NCBI RefSeq assembly: GCF_009914755.1
Contig: NC_060946.1
Direction: 5' to 3' (one strand)
Length of the DNA stretch: 64,000 nucleotides
DNA from: the human T2T-CHM13v2.0 reference genome, Homo sapiens
Shown piece by piece: positions 13,001 to 27,699 of the stretch; the first letter of the stretch is position 1, and every line of letters begins with the position of its first letter. Below the pieces are notes generated by a model. That model was given only the letters and a program-made list of their open reading frames with translations, was not told the DNA's origin and did no database searches. The translations under genes were made by a program, and so were the position numbers.

Positions 13001-16000
13001 CCTCGCAGATTCTACAAAAAGAGTGTTTCAAAACTGCTCTGTAAAAAGAAAGGTTCAACTCTGTTAGTTGAGTACACACATCACAAACAAGTTTCACAGA
13101 ATGCTTCTTTCTAGCTTGTAGGGGAAGATATTCCCTTTATCACCATGGGCCTCCAACCGTCCGAAACGTCCACTTCCATATACTACAAAAAGAGCGTTTC
13201 AAACCTGCTCTAGGAAAGGCAATGTTCAACTCTGTGACTTGAATGCAGACATCACAGAGCAGTTTCTGAGAATGCTTCTGTCTAGATTTTATAGGAAGAT
13301 ATTCCCGTTTCCAACGAAATCTTCACAGCTATCCAAATATCCACTTGCAGATTCTACAAAAAGAGTGTATCAAAACTGCTCTGTCAAAAGGAAGGTTCTT
13401 CTCTGTTAGGTGAGTGCATACGTCATAAAGGAGTTTCTGAGAATGTTTCTGTCTAGTGGTTATGGGAAGATATTTGCTTTTTCACCGTAGGCCTCAGAGC
13501 GCTCCAAATATCCACTTGCACATACTACAAAAAGAGTGCCTCAAAGCTGCTCTTTGAAACGGAATGTTCAACTCTATGAGTTGAATGCAAACATCACAAA
13601 GACGTTTCTGAGAATGCTTCTGTCTAGATTTGATATGAAGATATTCCCGTTTCCAACGAAATCTTCAAATCTATCCAAATGTCCACTTGCAGATTCAACA
13701 AAAAGTGTTTTTCAGAACTGCTCTATCAAAAGAAAGATCCACCTGTGTTAGCTGAGTTCACACATCACAAACAAGTTTATGAGAATGCTTCTGTCTAGTT
13801 TTTATTTGAAGATATTTCCTTTCTCACCATAGACCTGAAAGCTGTCCTAATGTTCACTTCCAGATACTACAGAAAGAGTGTTTCAAAACTGCTGTACGAA
13901 AGGGAATTTTCAACTCTGTGACTTGAATGCACACATCACAAAGAAGTTTCTGAGGATGCTGCTGTCTACTTTTTATACGTAATCCCGTTTCCAACGAAAT
14001 CCTCCAAGCTATCCAAATATCCACTTGCAGATTCCACAGAAAGACTGTTTCAAAACTGCTCTGTCAATAGAAAGGTTCAACTCTGTTAGCTGCGTGCATA
14101 TATCCCAAAGAAGATTCTGAGATTGCTTCTGTCTAGTTTTTATGGGAAGATATTTCCCTTTTCACCGTAGGCGTCAAGGCGCTCCAAATGTCCACTTCCA
14201 GATACTACAAAAAGAGTGTTTCAAACCTACTCTGTGAAAGGGAATATTCAACTCTGTGACTTGAATGCACATATCACAAAGAAGTTTCTGAGAATGCTTC
14301 TGTCGAGATTTTATATGAAGATATTCCCGTTTCCAACGAAATCCTGAAATCTATCCAAATATCCCCTCGCAGATTCTACAAAAAGAGTGTTTCAAAACTG
14401 CTCTGTAAAAAGAAAGGTTCAACTCTGTTAGTTGAGTACACACATCACAAACAAGTTTCACAGAATGCTTCTTTCTAGCTTGTAGGGGAAGATATTCCCT
14501 TTATCACCATGGTCCTCAAACCGTCCGAAACGTCCACTTCCATATACTACAAAAAGAGCGTTTCAAACCTGCTCTAGGAAAGGCAATGTTCAACTCTGTG
14601 ACTTGAATGCAGACATCACAGAACAGTTTCTGAGAATGCTTCTGTCTAGATTTTATAGGAAGATATTCCCGTTTCCAACGAAATCTTCACAGCTATCCAA
14701 ATATCCACTTGCAGATTCTACAAAAAGAGTGTATCAAAACTGCTCTGTCAAAAGGAAGGTTCTTCTCTGTTATGTGAGTGCATACGTCATAAAGGAGTTT
14801 CTGAGAATGTTTCTGTCTAGTGGTTATGGGAAGATATTTGTTTTTTCACCGTAGGCCTCAGAGCGCTCCAAATATCCACTTGCACATACTACAAAAAGAG
14901 TGCCTCAAAGCTGCTCTCTGAAACGGAATGTTCAACTCTATGAGTTGAATGCAAACATCACAAAGACGTTTCTGAGAATGCTTCTGTCTAGATTTGATAT
15001 GAAGATATTCCCGTTTCCAACGAAATCTTCAAATCTATCCAAATGTCCACTTGCAGATTCAACAAAAAGTGTTTTTCAGAACTGCTCTATCAAAAGAAAG
15101 ATCCACCTCTGTTAGCTGAGTTCACACATCACAAACAAGTTTATGAGAATGCTTCTGTCTAGTTTTTATTTGAAGATATTTCCTTTCTCACCATAGACCT
15201 GAAAGCTGTCCTAATGTTCACTTCCAGATACTACAGAAAGAGTGTTTCAAAACTGCTGTACGAAAGGGAATGTTCAACTCTGTGACTTGAATGCACACAT
15301 CACAAAGAAGTTTCTGAGGATGCTGCTGTCTACTTTTTATACCTAATCCCGTTTCCAACGAAATCCTCCAAGCTATCCAAATATCCACTTGCAGATTCCA
15401 CAGAAAGACTGTTTCAAAACTGCTCTGTCAATAGAAAGGTTCAACTCTGTTAGCTGCGTGCATATATCCCAAAGAAGATTCTGAGATTGCTTCTGTCTAG
15501 TTTTTATGGGAAGATATTTCCCTTTTCACCGTAGGCGTCAAGGCGCTCCAAATGTCCACTTCCAGATACTACAAAAAGAGTGTTTCAAACCTACTCTGTG
15601 AAAGCGAATATTCAACTCTGTGACTTTAATGCACATATCACAAAGAAGTTTCTGAGAATGCTTCTGTCGAGATTTTATATGAAGATATTCCCGTTTCCAA
15701 CGAAATCCTGAAATCTATCCAAATATCCCCTCGCAGATTCTACAAAAAGAGTGTTTCAAAACTGCTCTGTAAAAAGAAAGGTTCAACTCTGTTAGTTGAG
15801 TACACACATCACAAACAAGTTTCACAGAATGCTTCTTTCTAGCTTGTAGGGGAAGATATTCCCTTTATCACCATGGGCCTCCAACCGTCCGAAACGTCCA
15901 CTTCCATATACTACCAAAAGAGCGTTTCAAACCTGCTCTAGGAAAGGCAATGTTCAACTCTGTGACTTGAATGCAGACATCACAGAGCAGTTTCTGAGAA

Positions 16001-19000
16001 TGCTTCTGTCTAGATTTTATAGGAAGATATTCCCGTTTCCAACGAAATCTTCACAGCTATCCAAATATCCACTTGCAGATTCTACAAAAAGAGTGTATCA
16101 AAACTGCTCTGTCAAAAGGAAGGTTCTTCTCTGTTAGGTGAGTGCATACGTCATAAAGGAGTTTCTGAGAATGTTTCTGTCTAGTGGTTATGGGAAGATA
16201 TTTGCTTTTTCACCGTAGGCCTCAGAGCGCTCCAAATATCCACTTGCACATACTACAAAAAGAGTGCCTCAAAGCTGCTCTCTGAAACGGAATGTTCAAC
16301 TCTATGAGTTGAATGCAAACATCACAAAGACGTTTCTGAGAATGCTTCTGTCTAGATTTGATATGAAGATATTCCCGTTTCCAACGAAATCTTCAAATCT
16401 ATCCAAATGTCCACTTGCAGATTCAACAAAAAGTGTTTTTCAGAACTGCTCTATCAAAAGAAAGATCCACCTCTGTTAGCTGAGTTCACACATCACAAAC
16501 AAGTTTATGAGAATGCTTCTGTCTAGTTTTTATTTGAAGATATTTCCTTTCTCACCATAGACCTGAAAGCTGTCCTAATGTTCACTTCCAGATACTACAG
16601 AAAGAGTGTTTCAAAACTGCTGTACGAAAGGGAATGTTCAACTCTGTGACTTGAATGCACACATCACAAAGAAGTTTCTGAGGATGCTGCTGTCTACTTT
16701 TTATACGTAATCCCGTTTCCAACGAAATCCTCCAAGCTATCCAAATATCCACTTGCAGATTCCACAGAAAGACTGTTTCAAAACTGCTCTGTCAATAGAA
16801 AGGTTCAACTCTGTTAGCTGCGTGCATATATCCCAAAGAAGATTCTGAGATTGCTTCTGTCTAGTTTTTATGGGAAGATATTTCCCTTTTCACCGTAGGC
16901 GTCAAGGCGCTCCAAATGTCCACTTCCAGATACTACAAAAAGAGTGTTTCAAACCTACTCTGTGAAAGGGAATATTCAACTCTGTGACTTGAATGCACAT
17001 ATCACAAAGAAGTTTCTGAGAATGCTTCTGTCGAGATTTTATATGAAGATGTTCCCGTTTCCAACGAAATCCTGAAATCTATCCAAATATCACCTCGCAG
17101 ATTCTACAAAAAGAGTGTTTCAAGACTGCTCTGTAAAAAGAAAGTTTCAACTCTGTTACTTGAGTACACACATCACAAACAAGTTTCACAGAATGCTTCT
17201 TTCTAGCTTGTAGGGGAAGATATTCCCTTTATCACCATGGTCCTCAAACCGTCCGAAACGTCCACTTCCATATACTACAAAAAGAGCGTTACAAACCTGC
17301 TCTATGAAAGGCAATGTTCAACTCTGTGACGTGAATGCAGACATCACAGAGCAGTTTCTGAGAATGCTTCTGTCTAGATTTTATAGGAAGATATTCCCGT
17401 TTCCAACGAAATCTTCACAGCTATCCAAATATCCACTTGCAGATTCTACAAAAAGAGTGTATCAAAACTGCTCTGTCAAAAGGAAGGTTCTTCTCTGTTA
17501 GGTGAGTGCATACGTCATAAAGGAGTTTCTGAGAATGTTTCTGTCTAGTGGTTATGGGAAGATATTTGCTTTTTCACCGTAGGCCTCAGAGCGCTCCAAA
17601 TATCCACTTGCACATACTACAAAAAGAGTGCCTCAAAGCTGCTCTCTGAAACGGAATGTTCAACTCTATGAGTTGAATGCAAACATCACAAAGACGTTTC
17701 TGAGAATGCTTCTGTCTAGATTTGATATGAAGATATTCCCGTTTCCAACGAAATCTTCAAATCTATCCAAATGTCCACTTGCATAATCAACAAAAAGTGT
17801 TTTTCAGAACTGCTCTATCAAAAGAAAGATCCACCTCTGTTAGCTGAGTTCACACATCACAAACAAGTTTATGAGAATGCTTCTGTCTAGTTTTTATTTG
17901 AAGATATTTCCTTTCTCACCATAGACCTGAAAGCTGTCCTAATGTTCACTTCCAGATACTACAGAAAGAGTGTTTCAAAACTGCTGTACGAAAGGGAATG
18001 TTCAACTCTGTGACTTGAATGCACACATCACAAAGAAGTTTCTGAGGATGCTGCTGTCTACTTTTTATACGTAATCCCGTTTCCAACGAAATCCTCCAAG
18101 CTATCCAAACATCCACTTGCAGATTCCACAGAAAGACTGTTTCAAAACTGCTCTGTCAATAGAAAGGTTCAACTCTGTTAGCTGCGTGCATATATCCCAA
18201 AGAAGATTCTGAGATTGCTTCTGTCTAGTTTTTATGGGAAGATATTTCCCTTTTCACCGTAGGCGTCAAGGCGCTCCAAATGTCCACTTCCAGATACTAC
18301 AAAAAGAGTGTTTCAAACCTACTCTGTGAAAGCGAATATTCAACTCTGTGACTTGAATGCACATATCACAAAGAAGTTTCTGAGAATGCTTCTGTCGAGA
18401 TTTTATATGAAGATATTCCCGTTTCCAAGGAAATCCTGAAATCTATCCAAATATCCCCTCGCAGATTCTACAAAAAGAGTGTTTCAAAACTGCTCTGTAA
18501 AAAGAAAGGTTCAACTCTGTTAGTTGAGTACACACATCACAAACAAGTTTCACAGAATGCTTCTTTCTAGCTTGTAGGGGAAGATATTCCCTTTATCACC
18601 ATGGGCCTCCAACCGTCCGAAACGTCCACTTCCATATACTACAAAAAGAGCGTTTCAAACCTGCTCTAGGAAAGGCAATGTTCAACTCTGTGACTTGAAT
18701 GCAGACATCACAGAGCAGTTTCTGAGAATGCTTCTGTCTAGATTTTATAGGAAGATATTCCCGTTTCCAACGAAATCTTCACAGCTATCCAAATATCCAC
18801 TTGCAGATTCTACAAAAAGAGTGTATCAAAACTGCTCTGTCAAAAGGAAGGTTCTTCTCTGTTAGGTGAGTGCATACGTCAAAAAGGAGTTTCTGAGAAT
18901 GTTTCTGTCTAGTGGTTATGGGAAGATATTTGCTTTTTCACCGTAGGCCTCAGAGCGCTCCAAATATCCCCTTGCACATACTACAAAAAGAGTGCCTCAA

Positions 19001-22000
19001 AGCTGCTCTCTGAAACGGAATGTTCAACTCTATGAGTTGAATGCAAACATCACAAAGACGTTTCTGAGAATGCTTCTGTCTAGATTTGATATGAAGATAT
19101 TCCCGTTTCCAACGAAATCTTCAAATCTATCCAAATGTCCACTTGCAGATTCAACAAAAAGTGTTTTTCAGAACTGCTCTATCAAAAGAAAGATCCACCT
19201 CTGTTAGCTGAGTTCACACATCACAAACAAGTTTATGAGAATGCTTCTGTCTAGTTTTTATTTGAAGATATTTCCTTTCTCACCATAGACCTGAAAGCTG
19301 TCCTAATGTTCACTTCCAGATACTACAGAAAGAGTGTTTCAAAACTGCTGTACGAAAGGGAATGTTCAACTCTGTGACTTGAATGCACACATCACAAAGA
19401 AGTTTCTGAGGATGCTGCTGTCTACTTTTTATACGTAATCCCGTTTCCAACGAAATCCTCCAAGCTATCCAAATATCCACTTGCAGATTCCACAGAAAGA
19501 CTGTTTCAAAACTGCTCTGTCAATAGAAAGGTTCAACTCTGCTAACTGCGTGCATATATCCCAAAGAAGATTCTGAGATTGCTTCTGTCTAGTTTTTATG
19601 GGAAGATATTTCCCTTTTCACCGTAGGCGTCAAGGCGCTCCAAATGTCCACTTTCAGATACTACAAAAAGAGTGTTTCAAACCTACTCTGTGAAAGGGAA
19701 TATTCAACTCTGTGACTTGAATGCAGATATCACAAAGAAGTTTCTGAGAATGCTTCTGTCGAGATTTTATATGAAGATATTCCCGTTTCCAACGAAATCC
19801 TGAAATCTATCCAAATATCCCCTCGCAGATTCTACAAAAAGAGTGTTTCAAAACTGCTCTGTAAAAAGAAAGGTTCAACTCTGTTAGTTGAGTACACACA
19901 TCACAAACAAGTTTCACAGAATGCTTCTTTCTAGCTTGTAGGGGAAGATATTCCCTTTCTCACCATGGGCCTCCAACCGTCCGAAACATCCACTTCCATA
20001 TACTACAAAAAGAGCGTTTCAAACCTGCTCTATGAAAGGCAATGTTCAACTCTGTGACTTGAAAGCAGACATCACAGAGCAGTTTCTGAGAATGCTTCTG
20101 TCTAGATTTTATAGGAAGATATTCCCGTTTCCAACGAAATCTTCACAGCTATCCAAATATCCACTTGCAGATTCTACAAAAAGAGTGTATCAAAACTGCT
20201 CTGTCAAAAGGAAGGTTCTTCTCTGTTAGGTGAGTGCATACGTCATAAAGGAGTTTCTGAGAATGTTTCTGTCTAGTGGTTATGGGAAGATATTTGCTTT
20301 TTCACCGTAGGCCTCAGAGCGCTCCAAATATCCACTTGCACAAACTACAAAAAGAGTGCCTCAAAGCTGCTCTCTGAAACGGAATGTTCAACTCTATGAG
20401 TTGAATGCAAACATCACAAAGACGTTTCTGAGAATGCTTCTGTCTAGATTTGATATGAAGATATTCCCGTTTCCAACGAAATCTTCAAATCCATCCAAAT
20501 GTCCACTTGCATAATCAACAAAAAGTGTTTTTCAGAACTGCTCTATCAAAAGAAAGATCCACCTCTGTTAGCTGAGTTCACACATCACAAACAAGTTTAT
20601 GAGAATGCTTCTGTCTAGTTTTTATTTGAAGATATTTCCTTTCTCACCATAGACCTGAAAGCTGTCCTAATGTTCACTTCCAGATACTACAGAAAGAGTG
20701 TTTCAAAACTGCTGTACGAAAGGGAATGTTCAACTCTGTGACTTGAATGCACACATCACAAAGAAGTTTCTGAGGATGCTGCTGTCTACTTTTTATACGT
20801 AATCCCGTTTCCAACGAAATCCTCCAAGCTATCCAAACATCCACTTACAGATTCCACAGAAAGACTGTTTCAAAACTGCTCTGTCAATAGAAAGGTTCAA
20901 CTCTGTTAGCTGCGTGCATATATCCCAAAGAAGATTCTGAGATTGCTTCCGTCTAGTTTTTATGGGAAGATATTTCCCTTTTCACCGTAGGCGTCAAGGC
21001 GCTCCAAATGTCCACTTCCAGATACTACAAAAAGAGTGTTTCAAACCTACTCTGTGAAAGCGAATATTCAACTCTGTGACTTTAATGCACATATCACAAA
21101 GAAGTTTCTGAGAATGCTTCTGTCGATATTTTATATGAAGATATTCCCGTTTCCAACGAAATCCTGAAATCTATCCAAATATCCCCTCGCAGATTCTACA
21201 AAAAGAGTGTTTCAAAACTGCTCTGTAAAAAGAAAGGTTCAACTCTGTTAGTTGAGTACACACATCACAAACAAGTTTCACAGAATGCTTCTTTCTAGCT
21301 TGTAGGGGAAGATATTCCCTTTATCACCATGGGCCTCCAACCGTCCGAAACGTCCACTTCCATATACTACAAAAAGAGCGTTTCAAACCTGCTCTAGGAA
21401 AGGCAATGTTCAACTCTGTGACTTGAATGCAGACATCACAGAGCAGTTTCTGAGAATGCTTCTGTCTAGATTTTATAGGAAGATATTCCCGTTTCCAACG
21501 AAATCTTCACAGCTATCCAAATATCCACTTGCAGATTCTACAAAAAGAGTGTATCAAAACTGCTCTGTCAAAAGGAAGGTTCTTCTCTGTTAGGTGAGTG
21601 CATACGTCATAAAGGAGTTTCTGAGAATGTTTCTGTCTAGTGGTTATGGGAAGATATTTGCTTTTTCACCGTAGGCCTCAGAGCGCTCCAAATATCCACT
21701 TGCACATACTACAAAAAGAGTGCCTCAAAGCTGCTCTTTGAAACGGAATGTTCAACTCTATGAGTTGAATGCAAACATCACAAAGACGTTTCTGAGAATG
21801 CTTCTGTCTAGATTTGATATGAAGATATTCCCGTTTCCAACGAAATCTTCAAATCTATCCAAATGTCCACTTGCAGATTCAACAAAAAGTGTTTTTCAGA
21901 ACTGCTCTATCAAAAGAAAGATCCACCTCTGTTAGGTGAGTTCACACATCACAAACAAGTTTATGAGAATGCTTCTGTCTAGTTTTTATTTGAAGATATT

Positions 22001-25000
22001 TCCTTTCTCACCATAGACCTGAAAGCTGTCCTAATGTTCACTTCCAGATACTACAGAAAGAGTGTTTCAAAACTGCTGTATGAAAGGGAATGTTCAACTC
22101 TGTGACTTGAATGCACACATCACAAAGAAGTTTCTGAGGATGCTGCTGTCTACTTTTTATATGTAATCCCGTTTCCAACGAAATCCTCCAAGCTATCCAA
22201 ATATCCACTTGCAGATTCCACAGAAAGACTGTTTCAAAACTGCTCTGTCAATAGAAAGGTTCAACTCTGTTAGCTGCGTGCATATATCCCAAAGAAGATT
22301 CTGAGATTGCTTCTGTCTAGTTTTTATGGGAAGATATTTCCCTTTTCACCGTAGGCGTCAAGGCGCTCCAAATGTCCACTTCCAGATACTACAAAAAGAG
22401 TGTTTCAAACCTACCCTGTGAAAGGGAATATTCAACTCTGTGACTTGAATGCGCATATCACAAAGAAGTTTCTGATAATGCTTCTGTCGAGATTTTATAT
22501 GAAGATATTCCCGTTTCCAAAAAAATCCTGAAATCTATCCAAATATCCCCTCGCAGATTCTACAAAAAGAGTGTTTCAAAACTGCTCTGTAAAAAGAAAG
22601 GTTCAACTCTGTTAGTTGAGTACACACATCACAAACAAGTTTCCCAGAATGCTTCTTTCTAGCTTGTAGGGGAAGATATTCCCTTTATCACCATGGGCCT
22701 CCAACCGTCCGAAACATCCACTTCCATATACTACAAAAAGAGCGTTTCAAACCTGCTCTATGAAAGGCAATGTTCAACTCTGTGACTTGAAAGCAGACAT
22801 CACAGAGCAGTTTCTGAGAATGCTTCTGTCTAGATTTTATAGGAAGATATTCCCGTTTCCAACGAAATCTTCACAGCTATCCAAATATCCACTTGCAGAT
22901 TCTACAAAAAGAGTGTATCAAAACTGCTCTGTCAAAAGGAAGGTTCTTCTCTGTTAGGTGAGTGCATACGTCATAAAGGAGTTTCTGAGAATGTTTCTGT
23001 CTAGTGGTTATGGGAAGATATTTGCTTTTTCACCGTAGGCCTCAGAGCGCTCCAAATATCCACTTGCACATACTACAAAAAGAGTGCCTCAAAGCTGCTC
23101 TCTGAAACGGAATGTTCAACTCTATGAGTTGAATGCAAACATCACAAAGACGTTTCTGAGAATGCTTCTGTCTAGATTTGATATGAAGATATTCCCGTTT
23201 CCAACGAAATCTTCAAATCTATCCAAATGTCCACTTGCAGATTCAACAAAAAGTGTTTTTCAGAACTGCTCTATCAAAAGAAAGATCCACCTCTGTTAGC
23301 TGAGTTCACACATCACAAACAAGTTTATGAGAATGCTTCTGTCTAGTTTTTATTTGAAGATATTTCCTTTCTCACCATAGACCTGAAAGCTGTCCTAATG
23401 TTCACTTCCAGATACTACAGAAAGAGTGTTTCAAAACTGCTGTACGAAAGGGAATGTTCAACTCTGTGACTTGAATGCACACATCACAAAGAAGTTTCTG
23501 AGGATGCTGCTGTCTACTTTTTATACGTAATCCCGTTTCCAACGAAATCCTCCAAGCTATCCAAATATCCACTTGCAGATTCCACAGAAAGACTGTTTCA
23601 AAACTGCTCTGTCAATAGAAAGGTTCAACTCTGTTAGCTGCGTGCATATATCCCAAAGAAGATTCTGAGATTGCTTCTGTCTAGTTTTTATGGGAAGATA
23701 TTTCCCTTTTCACCGTAGGCGTCAAGGCGCTCCAAATGTCCACTTCCAGATACTACAAAAAGAGTGTTTCAAACCTACTCTGTGAAAGGGAATATTCAAC
23801 TCTGTGACTTGAATGCACATATCACAAAGAAGTTTCTGAGAATGCTTCTGTCGAGATTTTATATGAAGATATTCCCGTTTCCAACGAAATCCTGAAATCT
23901 ATCCAAATATCCCCTCGCAGATTCTACAAAATGAGTGTTTCAAAACTGCTCTGTAAAAAGAAAGGTTCAACTCTGTTACTTGAGTACACACATCACAAAC
24001 AAGTTTCACAGAATGCTTCTTTCTAGCTTCTAGGGGTAGATATTCCCTTTATCACCATGGTCCTCAAACCGTCCGAAACGTCCACTTCCATATACTACAA
24101 AAAGAGCGTTTCAAACCTGCTCTAGGAAAGGCAATGTTCAACTCTGTGACTTGAATGCAGACATCACAGAGCAGTTTCTGAGAATGCTTCTGTCTAGATT
24201 TTATAGGAAGATATTCCCGTTTCCAACGAAATCTTCACAGCTATCCAAATATCCACTTGCAGATTCTACAAAAAGAGTGTATCCAAACTGCTCTGTCAAA
24301 AGGAAGGTTCTTCTCTGTTAGGTGAGTGCATACGTCATAAAGGAGTTTCTGAGAATGTTTCTGTCTAGTGGTTATGGGAAGATATTTGCTTTTTCACCGT
24401 AGGCCTCAGAGCGCTCCAAATATCCACTTGCACATACTACAAAAAGAGTGCCTCAAAGCTGCTCTCTGAAATGGAATGTTCAACTCTATGAGTTGAATGC
24501 AAACATCACAAAGACGTTTCTGAGAATGCTTCTGTCTAGATTTGATATGAAGATATTCCCGTTTCCAACGAAATCTTCAAATCTATCCAAATGTCCACTT
24601 GCATAATCAACAAAAAGTGTTTTTCAGAACTGCTCTATCAAAAGAAAGATCCACCTCTGTTAGCTGAGTTCACACATCACAAACAAGTTTATGAGAATGC
24701 TTCTGTCTAGTTTTTATTTGAAGATATTTCCTTTCTCACCATAGACCTGAAAGCTGTCCTAATGTTCACTTCCAGATACTACAGAAAGAGTGTTTCAAAA
24801 CTGCTGTACGAAAGGGAATGTTCAACTCTGTGACTTGAATGCACACATCACAAAGAAGTTTCTGAGGATGCTGCTGTCTACTTTTTATACGTAATCCCGT
24901 TTCCAACGAAATCCTCCAAGCTATCCAAATATCCACTTGCAGATTCCACAGAAAGACTGTTTCAAAACTGCTCTGTCAATAGAAAGGTTCAACTCTGTTA

Positions 25001-27699
25001 GCTGCGTGCATATATCCCAAAGAAGATTCTGAGATTGCTTCTGTCTAGTTTTTATGGGAAGATATTTCCCTTTTCACCGTAGGCGTCAAGGCGCTCCAAA
25101 TGTCCACTTCCAGATACTACAAAAAGAGTGTTTCAAACCTACTCTGTGAAAGCGAATATTCAACTCTGTGACTTGAATGCACATATCACAAAGAAGTTTC
25201 TGAGAATGCTTCTGTCGAGATTTTATATGAAGATATTACCGTTTCCAACGAAATCCTGAAATCTATCCAAATATCCCCTCGCAGATTCTACAAAAAGAGT
25301 GTTTCAAAACTGCTCTGTAAAAAGAAAGGTTCAACTCTGTTAGTTGAGTACACACATCACAAACAAGTTTCACAGAATGCTTCTTTCTAGCTTGTAGGGG
25401 AAGATATTCCCTTTCTCACCATGGGCCTCCAACCGTCCGAAACATCCACTTCCATATACTACAAAAAGAGCGTTTCAAACCTGCTCTATGAAAGGCAATG
25501 TTCAACTCTGTGACTTGAATGCAGACATCACAGAGCAGTTTCTGAGAATGCTTCTGTCTAGATTTTATAGGAAGATATTCCCGTTTCCAACGAAATCTTC
25601 ACAGCTATCCAAATATCCACTTGCAGATTCTACAAAAAGAGTGTATCAAAACTGCTCTGTCAAAAGGAAGGTTCTTCTCTGTTAGGTGAGTGCATACGTC
25701 ATAAAGGAGTTTCTGAGAATGTTTCTGTCTAGTGGTTATGGGAAGATATTTGCTTTTTCACCGTAGGCCTCAGAGCGCTCCAAATATCCCCTTGCACATA
25801 CTACAAAAAGAGTGCCTCAAAGCTGCTCTCTGAAACGGAATGTTCAACTCTATGAGTTGAATGCAAACATCACAAAGACGTTTCTGAGAATGCTTCTGTC
25901 TAGATTTGATATGAAGATATTCCCGTTTCCAACGAAATCTTCAAATCTATCCAAATGTCCACTTGCAGATTCAACAAAAAGTGTTTTTCAGAACTGCTCT
26001 ATCAAAAGAAAGATCCACCTCTGTTAGCTGAGTTCACACATCACAAACAAGTTTATGAGAATGCTTCTGTCTAGTTTTTATTTGAAGATATTTCCTTTCT
26101 CACCATAGACCTGAAAGCTGTCCTAATGTTCACTTCCAGATACTACAGAAAGAGTGTTTAAAAACTGCTGTACGAAAGGGAATGTTCAACTCTGTGACTT
26201 GAATGCACACATCACAAAGAAGTTTCTGAGGATGCTGCTGTCTACTTTTTATACGTAATCCTGTTTCCAACGAAATCCTCCAAGCTATCCAAATATCCAC
26301 TTGCAGATTAAACAGAAAGAATGTTTCAAAACTGCTCTGTCAATAGAAAGGTTCAACTCAGTTAGCTGCGTGCATATATCCCAAAGAAGATTCTGAGATT
26401 GCTTCTGTCTAGTTTTTATGGGAAGATATTTCCCTTTTCACCGTAGGCGTCAAGGCGCTCCAAATGTCCACTTCCAGATACTACAAAAAGAGTGTTTCAA
26501 ACCTAATCTGTGAAAGGGAATATTCAACTCTGTAACTTGAATGCACATATCACAAAGAAGTTTCTGAGAATGCTTCTGTCGAGATTTTATGTGAAGATAT
26601 TCCCGTTTCCAACGAAATCCTGAAATCTATCCAAATATCCCCTCGCAGATTCTACAAAAAGAGTGTTTCAAAACTGCTCTGTAAAAAGAAAGGTTCAACT
26701 CTGTTAGTTGAGTACACACATCACAAACAAGTTTCACAGAATGCTTCTTTCTAGCTTGTAGGGGAAGATATTCCCTTCATCACCATGGGCCTCAAACCGT
26801 CCGAAACGTCCACTTCCATATACTACAAAAAGAGCGTTTCAAACCTGCTCTATGAAAGGCAATGTTCAACTCTGTGACTTGAATGCAGACATCACAGAGC
26901 AGTTTCTGAGAATGCTTCTGTCTAGATTTTATAGGAAGATATTCCCGTTTCCAACGAAATCTTCACAGCTATCCAAATATCCACTTGCAGATTCTACAAA
27001 AAGAGTGTATCAAAACTGCTCTGTCAAAAGGAAGGTTCTTCTCTGTTAGGTGAGTGCATACGTCATAAAGGAGTTTCTGAGAATGTTTCTGTCTAGTGGT
27101 TATGGGAAGATATTTGCTTTTTCACCGTAGGCCTCAGAGCGCTCCAAATGTCCACTTGCATATACTACAAAAAGAGTGCTTCAAACCTGCTCTCTGAAAC
27201 GGAATGTTCAACTCTATGAGTTGAATGCAAACATCACAAAGACGTTTCTGAGAATGCTTCTGTCTAGATTTGATATGAAGATATTCCCGTTTCCAACGAA
27301 ATCTTCAAATCTATCCAAATGTCCACTTGCAGATTCAACAAAATGTGTTTTTCAGAACTGCTCTATCAAAAGAAAGATCCACCTCTGTTAGCTGAGTTCA
27401 CACATCACAAACAAGTTTATGAGAATGCTTCTGTCTAGTTTTTATTTGAAGATATTTCCTTTCTCACCATAGACCTGAAAGCTGTCCTAATGTTCACTTC
27501 CAGATACTACAGAAAGAGTGTTTCAAAACTGCTGTACGAAAGGGAATGTTCAACTCTGTGACTTGAATGCACACATCACAAAGAAGTTTCTGAGGATGCT
27601 GCTGTCTACTTTTTATACGTAATCCCGTTTCCAACGAAATCCTCCAAGCTATCCAAATATCCACTTGCAGATTAAACAGAAAGAATGTTTCAAAACTGC

